Below, in pieces: positions 56,250 through 64,000 of a stretch of DNA of 64,000 nt. The translations under genes and the position numbers were made by a program. Source of the stretch: Ostreococcus lucimarinus (lineage: Eukaryota); the NCBI GenBank assembly GCA_000092065.1, contig CP000589.1; one strand, written 5' to 3'. Positions within the stretch are counted from its first letter, which is position 1. Every line of letters starts with the position of its first letter. The notes beneath the pieces are model-generated. The model saw only the letters and a list, made by a program, of their open reading frames with translations, did no database searches and was not told the origin of the DNA.

Positions 56250-58904
56250 TTAAGAAAACGCGAGTAGATTTTCAACGGTCACACGGCGCGTCTTGACAAT
56301 CGCCAACAACTCAACTGAAGCGATGGACACCAAAAGGAAGAAAAACGCGGCGTTACCACCCGCTTGAGACAAAACTTGAAGCGGAGGTAGCTTGTACTTC
56401 CGTGTACACGAGTATGGGAAATTTTCTTTAGTCCAGGCACACATTCGATCGCGACCGATTTCATCAAAAATTGTGCGGAACGTGTTCAAGACGAGCGCGT
56501 CATTTCGATCCATCACTGCCGTATAGCTCACCGCGATGCCGCCCGCTTTATATTCATCTGTTGTGAGTATCAAGGAGCCATGTACTGTTCCGCTGATGTG
56601 GTTGGTAAAATTGGTTTGCTGATTTTGAAAAAAGGTGTCGAAAGTAGCGTTCACCGTGCCCATCATATTTGCGTAGTACTTGTATGAAGGACCAAATCTG
56701 CCCCACGGACGGAGGTAAGCCGATGGCTGCCGCCCATAATCCGCGTCACTATAGCTCAATATCCCTTGGCCAGGTCCAAATGAAGGCGTGGACTGCTCAA
56801 GCTCGCTTAAACCCGAGTTCGTCAGCGATGGTTCTTCGATTTTGGCTAAACATTCATCGTATGTCCAATTCTTGCCATACCAGATAGCGTCCTTCAATGG
56901 ACGACACGTGAAACCTTCCTTTTCGAGGACATTTTCTACCACCGTTTCCGTAAACTCCTGAGTCGCGTAAAACTGCAGGAGCAACGCAAATACAATCAAA
57001 GAGGCTGCCCCGAGAACAAAGCACACTAAAAGTGTGCGTATAGGTGACATGACGAGGTCCAGATCGGTCACTCGGAACCACTTGTCCTCCATCGGTAAAC
57101 GTGCCTTCCAGCCCAGAGGATTGCTCGCGGGGAGGCGCTTGATTATGATGGCCACTATCCACATGAGGCTTGCGGCGATGAACTGAGCGTTACCATATGA
57201 GAGAGAGAGGCGCGTGAGTGTATCGGGCGGGCCTGACTTTTTGCACTCGTACGGCGAGTTTTCCTTCGTGAAAAGGCACACCTCGTCGCCTGCGACATCC
57301 ATCATGGCTTTCCACACCTCGACTGCATCCGCCTTGAGTGCGTCTGTCCATGAGTTGGAAGGTGCATTGATTAGAATACGAGTCGACTGGGGTTTTCCTC
57401 CAACGAGAAACGAAGCCGGATCTTCCCAGTGATCGAGATCGGTCGTCGCGCTGTATTGAGTCAGCGTAGCGTTTGGGCGTTCTTTGCCCCAAAACGCTTG
57501 CGATGAAACGCCTTCTTTGGATGCATTAAACGGAACATATTTCGCTTTGATTGGGACCGGATTCGGCATGTTCAATGGATCGCCCTGCCAGGATTCGAAA
57601 TTAATATTATCCACCGTGATGTCCTGTAAAGCAGCCTTGCAGTCGTCGAACGTATATCGCACACCGTAACCGAGGTTGTCTGTCGTCAACGGCGTGCAGT
57701 TGTATCCAGGCATTGCCCAAGAACCTGTGATTTGAATATCGGTGATGTACTGCGAAGTCGACGAAAAGTACTGGTAAAACCATGCAAACGTTCCTACACC
57801 GACGGCACAGATGGTAAGCGAAAAGAAACCAACGACCAGCGTGTTCGACACGAATTCGAGCGGCTCCTCGTCGTAAAATTCGGGAGGAAAAGATAACTTT
57901 TCAATCCAGGTTTTCTCATTGGTAGCCTTTGGAGCTTTGCGGAAAAAGCCTATGAAGGTGGGTAAAGTAGCAAGGAACACGGTGATCACGAGCCCAGCAT
58001 TATTATTCGACAGACCAATCATTTCTAAAGCAGTCATTCTTTTCGACTTCAAACACTTGTACGGCAAGTTGTGCTTGGTGAATTCGCACACGTCGCCTCC
58101 ATTGACGTATTCAATCGTCTTGCTGAACAACTGCAAGAAATGAGCCGCGCTGGTGTTAAAAGTCTCGCAATCGCCGACGATTCCATTGGTGCTGCCACCT
58201 CCGGAACGCCTGATTTGGCCCGCGTTGCACGTCGCGCCAGACGGGTTTGGGTACTGCCTGCAGTCGCCGTTGTTTACAACTTGATTGATGTATGTTTCAA
58301 TTTCTGGCGTACGTGATTCCGGAAGCTTTGGCCAAATACCTCGATGGGCTTGAACACTACCGAACGGATTGTAATACACCGAATTCTTCACCGAGCAGTT
58401 ATAGGGTATAGTGCCCCCGTTACTATAGTCAGTACGTGTCAGGTAACCTCCAGCGGCGATAGCCTCTGCATTGGCGATATCAAAGCCAATTGCACTCTCT
58501 GTCAATGGCACTATCTTCGTTAAACACTCTTCGTACGTATAGTTTAACCCGTAAAATTCATCCGGGCTCAACGGCGCGCAGTCGTAGCCAGCGATCGCCG
58601 TGGAGTCGCTGATGATCGTATCCGTCACCCAGCGCGCTTCGTCCGCGTAGTAAAACAACGACCCGATGAATGCCAAGGTAGCGAGCGTGTGCATCGTCAC
58701 CGCCCCGCCGTAGGCCATCCACACTGGTCCTTTGAATTCGAGATACCGCTCGCGCGCCCAATAAATTTCAGGTACTGGAAGTCTTCGTATGAATCGCTCG
58801 ACGGAGCCCCTCGCCTTGCGCGCGCGCTGCTTGATCGACGAGGGCGCCGGGGCCGATGCCGACGCGTGCGTCATGATGAACGACGGGCTTCCGCGCGCGG
58901 GCAA
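56250..58904 (-). CDS. multi-pass membrane protein built from three internal repeats (about 250 aa ectodomain plus TM each); unknown family
   Basis: Three repeats each contain G(Y/F)xCxPL...Y(T/N)(Y/F)(E/D)(E/D)C(L/K)(A/T)...C(E/L/A)(F/W)TK(H/E)N(L/S/F)PY(K/E/S)C and end in a hydrophobic helix. Examples: AGYDCAPLSPDEFYGLNYTYEECLTKI / PGYNCTPLTTDNLGYGVRYTFDDCKAAL / EGFTCRPLKDAIWYGKNWTYDECLAKI. Confidence 0.5.
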   Translation of the reverse strand: MPARGSPSFIMTHASASAPAPSSIKQRARKARGSVERFIRRLPVPEIYWARERYLEFKGPVWMAYGGAVTMHTLATLAFIGSLFYYADEARWVTDTIISDSTAIAGYDCAPLSPDEFYGLNYTYEECLTKIVPLTESAIGFDIANAEAIAAGGYLTRTDYSNGGTIPYNCSVKNSVYYNPFGSVQAHRGIWPKLPESRTPEIETYINQVVNNGDCRQYPNPSGATCNAGQIRRSGGGSTNGIVGDCETFNTSAAHFLQLFSKTIEYVNGGDVCEFTKHNLPYKCLKSKRMTALEMIGLSNNNAGLVITVFLATLPTFIGFFRKAPKATNEKTWIEKLSFPPEFYDEEPLEFVSNTLVVGFFSLTICAVGVGTFAWFYQYFSSTSQYITDIQITGSWAMPGYNCTPLTTDNLGYGVRYTFDDCKAALQDITVDNINFESWQGDPLNMPNPVPIKAKYVPFNASKEGVSSQAFWGKERPNATLTQYSATTDLDHWEDPASFLVGGKPQSTRILINAPSNSWTDALKADAVEVWKAMMDVAGDEVCLFTKENSPYECKKSGPPDTLTRLSLSYGNAQFIAASLMWIVAIIIKRLPASNPLGWKARLPMEDKWFRVTDLDLVMSPIRTLLVCFVLGAASLIVFALLLQFYATQEFTETVVENVLEKEGFTCRPLKDAIWYGKNWTYDECLAKIEEPSLTNSGLSELEQSTPSFGPGQGILSYSDADYGRQPSAYLRPWGRFGPSYKYYANMMGTVNATFDTFFQNQQTNFTNHISGTVHGSLILTTDEYKAGGIAVSYTAVMDRNDALVLNTFRTIFDEIGRDRMCAWTKENFPYSCTRKYKLPPLQVLSQAGGNAAFFFLLVSIASVELLAIVKTRRVTVENLLAFS

Positions 58905-59370
58905 TTTTGCGATGACCGTGCTCTCCGATCTGACGTGTCGACGTAATTACCCTAACGACTCCTCACTCGGTCCCCCCTAATTGAATGCGAATGGAGAGGA
59001 AGTGACTAACATATAATGTGGTTTTTAGAGGTATCATATCAGTATCGAGCCCTGGCTCAAGGGCACGCTGGACTGAGTTACCGTGCGCAATGATACATTA
59101 ATTGCATTACTAGGGATTTCGAAAATAATGTATGAGGGTAAAATAGTGAATTTAATTAACCTAGAGACGTCTTGTCGCGCCGGCGCGCGCCACTTCGCGC
59201 CGCGCGCGCGTCCGGGCGGCGCGGAGTCAACCGATGTTTCCGTGTATCGTGATATCCGACCGTTTAAGTTTGAATTCCACGCGTGGGTGTTGACGGAAGA
59301 CGACCGTTGGAGCTCGATGGGCACGTTAACTTTTGGGCCAGATTCTGTCGCGACGGGAGAAGAGAAGAGT

Positions 59371-59463
59371 GCGTCGATCACACGAAGGAAGCGCGCGCGC
59401 GACGCGCGCTCAACCGAGGGCGGTTAAACCGCTGGTGCCGAGCGTCTCGAGCTTTTCGAACGC
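59371..59463. repeat. dispersed duplicate, copy B (original context: last 17 codons plus 3' UTR of the peroxidase gene)
   Basis: Identical to copy A minus the 27-bp insertion. Encodes ...AAFEKLETLGTSGLTALG-stop on the minus strand, contiguous with the APX-like ORF. Confidence 0.8.
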
Positions 59464-60477
59464 GGCGGCGAAGTCTTCGAAGAAAACCTTCTGACTCTTG
59501 GCGTAGACGTCGACGTACTTCTTGAAGTCGGCGTCTTCGATGAGCGCGATGTCGCTCGGAAGCATCATCAAGTTGCCGCTCGGGTCTTTGTATTGGAACT
59601 TTTTGGCGTCCGGATTCGGCTCCCACTTCAAGCCTTTGAGGAGGACGAAGTAGGAGTTGTTGAACAGCAACGGCGTCCCGCTCCACGGTCCGACGTAACC
59701 GGACGCGTCGGCGTGACAACGACCGAGGGCGTGGGCGCCGCTCAACGCGACGATTTCTCGATCGTCGAAACCCATGCGGTAGAAGACGTCGCGCAAGCCT
59801 TGCCTCGTCTTCGGTCCAGGGCCGTCGCCCTTGTCGGCGTCGGGCAAGCGCCCGTCGGGGGTGACCGCCTCGGGATCCATCTCGTCGACGCGACCGTACG
59901 AAAACTTCAACTTCGGCCCGCCCATCTCTTCGATCGCCACGACGCCGACGAACGCGATGAGATCGGCCCACGATACGTCCGGGTGCCGCTTCTTGATCGG
60001 CTCGAGCTTCGCGATCGCCTTATCCAGTCCCGCGTTCCCGCCGTGCGCGAGTTCCTCTTTAAACCGAATCGTCCCGCCGCCGCTCCCACCAGTCTTGCCC
60101 ATCCGGTCGTACGTCCCGGACGAGTGCCACGCGAGTCGCACGAGCGTCGGCCCGAAGTCCGCGTCGGCGCGCGTCAGCTCGACCGCGTCCCGTCGAACCG
60201 ACGCGAAGCGTTCCTCCGCCGTCGCCGCGCGCGCGGGCGCGACGTCGAACGCCGCGAAGAGCGCCGGCGCGAGCGCGATCGACGCGAGCGCGCGTCGTCG
60301 CGGCGTCGATGAATCGGATGGCGATTCGTCCGAAACGACGTTTCGGACGACCGTCGCGCGCGGACGCGGACGCGTCGCCGCGCGCGTCGCGCGAGCGCGC
60401 GTCGAAGCCGACCCGATCGCCGCGCCGAGCTTCGCGCGCGCCGTCGTCGTCGTCGTCGTCGTCGTCGTCGCGCGCAT
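59410..60477 (-). CDS. class I haem peroxidase (ascorbate / cytochrome-c peroxidase type) with targeting presequence
   Basis: LVRLAWHSSGTY (distal His), GGSGGGTIRF, SWADLIAFVGVVAIEEMGGP, LSGAHALGRCH (proximal His). Presequence MRATTTTTTTTT...ALASIALAPALFAAFDVAPARA. Start at 60477; upstream ORF sequence is low-complexity. Confidence 0.8.
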   Translation of the reverse strand: MRATTTTTTTTTARAKLGAAIGSASTRARATRAATRPRPRATVVRNVVSDESPSDSSTPRRRALASIALAPALFAAFDVAPARAATAEERFASVRRDAVELTRADADFGPTLVRLAWHSSGTYDRMGKTGGSGGGTIRFKEELAHGGNAGLDKAIAKLEPIKKRHPDVSWADLIAFVGVVAIEEMGGPKLKFSYGRVDEMDPEAVTPDGRLPDADKGDGPGPKTRQGLRDVFYRMGFDDREIVALSGAHALGRCHADASGYVGPWSGTPLLFNNSYFVLLKGLKWEPNPDAKKFQYKDPSGNLMMLPSDIALIEDADFKKYVDVYAKSQKVFFEDFAAAFEKLETLGTSGLTALG

Positions 60478-60534
60478 GATTAAAACGTGCGAAAAAGTGC
60501 GGTTGTGTCGTAACCGTCCGCCGAATTCCGCAGA

Positions 60535-61701
60535 ATGTCGCGCACCGCGCGCGCGCCATCGACGCGCGTCGCGCGCGTCCCGACGACGAGAGCGTCGACA
60601 TCGCGCGCGCGCGCGTCGGCGATGCGCGACGTCGCGGGCGTGTACGCCGTCAGTGACGTGCACGTCGATCACGAGAAAAACGCCGCGTGGGTGCGCGCAC
60701 TTCGACGTCGCGATGACGTGGACGTCGCGTGCGTGTGCGGAGACGTGAGCGACGATTTAGACGCGCTCGAGGAGACGCTCGAGGGATTCAAGCGCGCGGC
60801 GTTCGCGGAGGTGTTTTATACGTTCGGAAACCACGAGCTGTGGTTGGGCGAAGCCGACGAGACGCGCGGGACGAAGGATTCCAAGGCGAAGATCGAAGAA
60901 GTGTTCGCGATGTGCGCGAGAATAGGGGTGCGGACGTCGCCGATGAAGGTTTGCGATGGGCTTTGGATCGCACCGGTGCACTCGTACCATCATAAGGCGT
61001 TCGACACCGAGCCCGAGGTCGCAGAAGCGGTGCCGCCGGTGGAGCGCGTCATGAACGATTTTCGGTTCTCGAAGTGGCCCGATGGGATGGACGATCGCGA
61101 TTCCGACGACGTCGCGCGATATTGCGATTCACTGAACGATGGCGCGGCGTGGGAGACGTTCTTGCGATCGATCGAGCGGGGCGATAGGGTCGTTAGCTTC
61201 TCCCACTTTCTTCCTCGACTCGAGCTGTTGCCGGAGAAACGCATGCTTTTTTATCCGAAACTCGCGCAAGCGAGCGGTTCGGTTCATCTGCGCAAACGCG
61301 TGGAAGAAATTAAGTCACGCATTAACGATGGTGATATGACGCACGTGTTTGGGCACACGCATTTCGGTTGGAATACGCAAATCGACGGAGTCAGATACGT
61401 CCAGGCGTCGTTGGCGACACCGAAGGAGTGGCAAAAACGCCCGCGTAGTTTAATCATAGGCAACTGGACGAACGCACAACCCGAACCTATGTGCGTATAC
61501 ACGAAAGCGCGTTCGCTGGGGGTCGTCGACGACGCGAAGGCGATGTGGAGCGAGTATTACGCGAAGAATCGTAGAACGCCGGAAGACGTCGAATTGGCGC
61601 CGCACGCGCGCGAGTTCGTTCAAAGGCGCTGGGGCGATCGTCGATTAGAGTCGAACGGCGCTGATGCGCCGTTACCAGGCGCGACGGGTCGGGTCAAGTA
61701 G
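60535..61701 (+). CDS. calcineurin-like metallophosphoesterase
   Basis: VSDVHVDH, CGDVSDD, FGNHE, GHTHFGW (metallophosphoesterase motifs I, II, III and V). Alternative start at 60622 (MRDVAGV). Confidence 0.6.
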   Translation: MSRTARAPSTRVARVPTTRASTSRARASAMRDVAGVYAVSDVHVDHEKNAAWVRALRRRDDVDVACVCGDVSDDLDALEETLEGFKRAAFAEVFYTFGNHELWLGEADETRGTKDSKAKIEEVFAMCARIGVRTSPMKVCDGLWIAPVHSYHHKAFDTEPEVAEAVPPVERVMNDFRFSKWPDGMDDRDSDDVARYCDSLNDGAAWETFLRSIERGDRVVSFSHFLPRLELLPEKRMLFYPKLAQASGSVHLRKRVEEIKSRINDGDMTHVFGHTHFGWNTQIDGVRYVQASLATPKEWQKRPRSLIIGNWTNAQPEPMCVYTKARSLGVVDDAKAMWSEYYAKNRRTPEDVELAPHAREFVQRRWGDRRLESNGADAPLPGATGRVK

Positions 61702-61806
61702 TTTAGCATATAGCATATAGCGTTGGATGATATTTATACGTGATGTCGGTCTCGAAAATGAACAAGACGTGAAATAATGGGCGGTGGTTGGTGCTTTGGA
61801 GGGATT

Positions 61807-62556
61807 TTACGCTACGACGCGCGCCTCGCCGCCTAACAATCGTCGATGGTTGAGAACGATGTGTAGGAAATACCCAGCGAGCACGAGATTGAGCGCAGTA
61901 CACAGCGTTTGCACGCTGCGCGTCTTAAACGTCATCACAAACATCCAAAACGCGGGAATCGACGCCGCGAGCTTCTTGTCGAGCGTGTGCACGGTGTCCA
62001 TGTCGTGAAAATACAGCAACATCACCCCAAGCAGCGCGGTCGTCAAGTACACGCCCCCACTTCCCGTTTCTTCCTTGCCTTTTGAAAACTTTCCCTGTGC
62101 AAAATTCGCCGCCCGTTCGCGCTTGAGCTCGTCGCGAGTCGCGTTCAACTGCTCCCTCAACCGTTCCCGAATCTGTTCCTCTTCCTTTAATTTCGCGCAC
62201 GCCGCGATGAATTTCTCTCGTTCGATCTCCGACATCTTTCGAAACGCCTCAATCTTCTCGCTCGACGACCGCGAATACTCGCGAAATATCTCGCCGTCGT
62301 CTTTGATTTCCGCCGCGCACGCCGCCGCCAGGCTCGGCTTCAACGCCAGCGCGTACAACCCGCGCAACAGCGCCCGCACGTCCGTGCCGCGAGACATCGT
62401 CAATTCGCGCAGCATCGCGCTCGCGAGCTGCATCGGCAGCGCCGCGAACGCCGCCGCGTGCGCGACGACGCCGAGCGGAAGGACGAACAATGCCAGCGTA
62501 ATCGTTGTGCTCAGCTCTTTCGCGCGTCCGAGCGCGCGCGTCGCCGCGTCCGTCAT
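61807..62556 (-). CDS. hypothetical membrane protein with central coiled-coil
   Basis: N- and C-terminal hydrophobic helices ([20 protein letters not shown]; [15 protein letters not shown]; [11 protein letters not shown]) flank a charged coiled segment. No domain recognised. Confidence 0.35.
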   Translation of the reverse strand: MTDAATRALGRAKELSTTITLALFVLPLGVVAHAAAFAALPMQLASAMLRELTMSRGTDVRALLRGLYALALKPSLAAACAAEIKDDGEIFREYSRSSSEKIEAFRKMSEIEREKFIAACAKLKEEEQIRERLREQLNATRDELKRERAANFAQGKFSKGKEETGSGGVYLTTALLGVMLLYFHDMDTVHTLDKKLAASIPAFWMFVMTFKTRSVQTLCTALNLVLAGYFLHIVLNHRRLLGGEARVVA

Positions 62557-62726
62557 CGTTCGAGCGCGCTCGATTCGTGCGATCGGTGTCCTTCGTCCTT
62601 CGCGCGCGTCTCGGCGCCCGTTCGCGGCGCGCGACGCGCGTCGGGCGTCGACGCGCGTCGACGAGTAGCGCGACGGTTCAACGAGATCTGCATTCCCACG
62701 CGCGCGGGCGTCGCGGACGAGCGACG

Positions 62727-64000
62727 ATGGCGCGCGATGACGCGGGGCGGCGCAAAAGCGAGTCCACGTCCGATCGCGCGGGCGCGCTGGACGTCGGCGC
62801 GCGCGTGTGGGCGAAGGCGTCGTTCGATGAAAAACGACGGCTCGGGGAAATCGTCGACGTGCGTCGCGAGGACGGCGTCGCGGTGGCGTATTACGTGCAC
62901 TATAGCGAGTTGAATAAACGCCTGGACGCGTGGGTGCCAGTGGAGGACGTGGAGACGCGTAAGGAGGGCGAGGGCGAGGGTAAGGGCGAGGGCGGCGACG
63001 GTCGAGGCGGCGACGGCGACGGCGGCGGCGCGGGGAGCGCCGACGACGCGCTTGGGGCGCACGGTAGAGTGAACGGGAAGCAGCCGAAGACGTTGACGCG
63101 GAATTCTAAGCGGAGATATAATGAGATACACAACGTGGACGCGCCGGTGGAGGATTTGCCGCCCATGGATCAAATGTTTGAGCGCATGCACGAGGAGAAA
63201 ACAAAGGTGAAGAACGTGCACTCGATCGAGCTCGGGCGGCACGAGATGGACACGTGGTATTATTCTCCGTATCCGGATGACTTCGGAAAGTGTTCCAAGC
63301 TGTACTTGTGTCAGTATTGTTTCAAGTATATGCGAAAGGCGAAGACGTGCGTGCGGCACAAGGCGGAGTGCGAGATGAAGCATCCGCCGGGAAAGCGGGT
63401 TTATCGACATCCACAGGGCGAGGGCGAACCGTTGTTGAGCTTTTGGGAAATCGATGGCGCGCACTTCAAAATGTACTGCCAGAATTTGTGTTTGATGGCG
63501 AAACTATTCTTGGACCATAAGACGCTGTACTTTGATGTCGAACCGTTTATGTTTTACGTGCTCACTGAGTCAATGGATGGAGACGAAACGCACGATATCG
63601 TGGGTTACTTTAGCAAAGAAAAGGTTTCAGTGGACGATTACAACTTGGCGTGTATTTTGACGCTGCCGGCGTATCAACGCAAGGGATATGGCTCATTCTT
63701 AATATCGATGAGCTACGAGCTGAGTCGACGCCAAGGCGTGTACGGCACCCCCGAACGGCCGCTGTCTGATCTCGGACAAGTGAGTTATAGAAGCTATTGG
63801 AGTCGAGTCGTTTTGGACGTGCTCCACAAGCACAGAGGAAACCTCAGCGTGAAGGATCTGAGCTCGATGTTGATGTTTCGCGAGGCAGACATTGTCAGCG
63901 CGTTGCAGTCGCTCAATCTGGTCAAATACTGGAAAGGCCAGCACATCATCTCTTCTTCGCCAAAAATTGTGGAAGAACACTTGAGTAGTTTTGAAAAGAA
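62727..64000 (+). CDS. MYST-family histone acetyltransferase (Esa1/TIP60-like) with N-terminal chromo/tudor-knot domain; partial, runs off the 3' end of the window
   Basis: Not in the ORF track (no stop inside the window). [26 protein letters not shown]...[16 protein letters not shown] (tudor-knot); [31 protein letters not shown] (zinc finger); FYVLTE...VGYFSKEK...[53 protein letters not shown] (acetyl-CoA binding core). Frame is open from 62727 to 64000. Confidence 0.85.
   Translation, partial: MARDDAGRRKSESTSDRAGALDVGARVWAKASFDEKRRLGEIVDVRREDGVAVAYYVHYSELNKRLDAWVPVEDVETRKEGEGEGKGEGGDGRGGDGDGGGAGSADDALGAHGRVNGKQPKTLTRNSKRRYNEIHNVDAPVEDLPPMDQMFERMHEEKTKVKNVHSIELGRHEMDTWYYSPYPDDFGKCSKLYLCQYCFKYMRKAKTCVRHKAECEMKHPPGKRVYRHPQGEGEPLLSFWEIDGAHFKMYCQNLCLMAKLFLDHKTLYFDVEPFMFYVLTESMDGDETHDIVGYFSKEKVSVDDYNLACILTLPAYQRKGYGSFLISMSYELSRRQGVYGTPERPLSDLGQVSYRSYWSRVVLDVLHKHRGNLSVKDLSSMLMFREADIVSALQSLNLVKYWKGQHIISSSPKIVEEHLSSFEK

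Noticed and set aside
59034-59525. Small ORFs 59034..59381 (-) and 59283..59525 (+) resembling the N-terminus and upstream sequence of the helicase locus
   Set aside because: They are footprints of the duplicated segment (copy B) and of GTG-initiated ORF calling, not independent genes.
62553-63464. 303-aa minus-strand ORF inside the MYST acetyltransferase gene
   Set aside because: Antisense to a strongly conserved MYST domain. Low-complexity translation.
1-64000. Search for CRISPR arrays, prokaryotic defence or toxin-antitoxin operons, integrases, transposases or long terminal repeats
   Set aside because: No regularly spaced direct repeats with spacers were found. Recognised products were eukaryotic single genes with eukaryotic splice signals. 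No transposase, integrase or reverse-transcriptase motifs were recognised in any long ORF.

Overview
This 64-kb window is very GC-rich (about 65% by eye) and reads as eukaryotic nuclear DNA, not prokaryotic. Genes are densely packed on both strands with gaps of 12 to 150 bp. Divergent gene pairs sit about 60 to 140 bp apart. Convergent gene pairs share or overlap their 3' ends. Introns are few and short (GT...AG, with CTGAC/TTGAC-like branch sites). There is a plant-type interstitial telomere repeat (TTTAGGG). Several genes point to a chloroplast: Tab2/ATAB2-like, a DUF1499 protein with a twin-arginine lumen signal, YidD-like, and APX-like. A selenoprotein is also present. Together these fit a picoeukaryotic green alga of the Mamiellophyceae type (Micromonas or Ostreococcus-like), which is an inference. 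I could support about 45 protein-coding genes from motifs I recognise. The clearest are the Rad54-like SNF2 ATPase, bacterial-type glutamate 5-kinase with a PUA domain, prefoldin-2, cyclophilin, Bud32/TP53RK, the GPI-transamidase subunit GAA1, U2 snRNP A', an ataxin-3-like Josephin deubiquitinase, GET3/ArsA, V-ATPase subunit E, EAF6, a MYST histone acetyltransferase, a MOV10/SDE3-like helicase, a class I peroxidase and a metallophosphoesterase. Many long ORFs in the track are GC-driven antisense or upstream read-through artefacts, and I discarded them. I found no CRISPR array, prokaryotic operon, defence island or obvious transposon. The most interesting items are listed below. First, a SelU/PRXL2-family gene in which an in-frame TGA sits exactly where the CxxC cysteine should be (a selenocysteine codon), with a candidate SECIS element in the 3' UTR. 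Second, a thioredoxin-fold ORF that ends at TGA inside an SG-U-GGC motif. Third, three GT-AG intron models the ORF track cannot show: a universal stress protein, a 36-nt first micro-exon of V-ATPase subunit E, and a small two-transmembrane protein. Fourth, a roughly 100-bp segment holding the last 17 codons and the 3' UTR of the peroxidase gene, copied 3.3 kb away upstream of the helicase gene. Fifth, an uncharacterised 884-aa membrane protein built from three internal repeats. Finally, palindromic TTGTTACAA motifs that could act as a TGTAA poly(A) signal on both strands between convergent genes.
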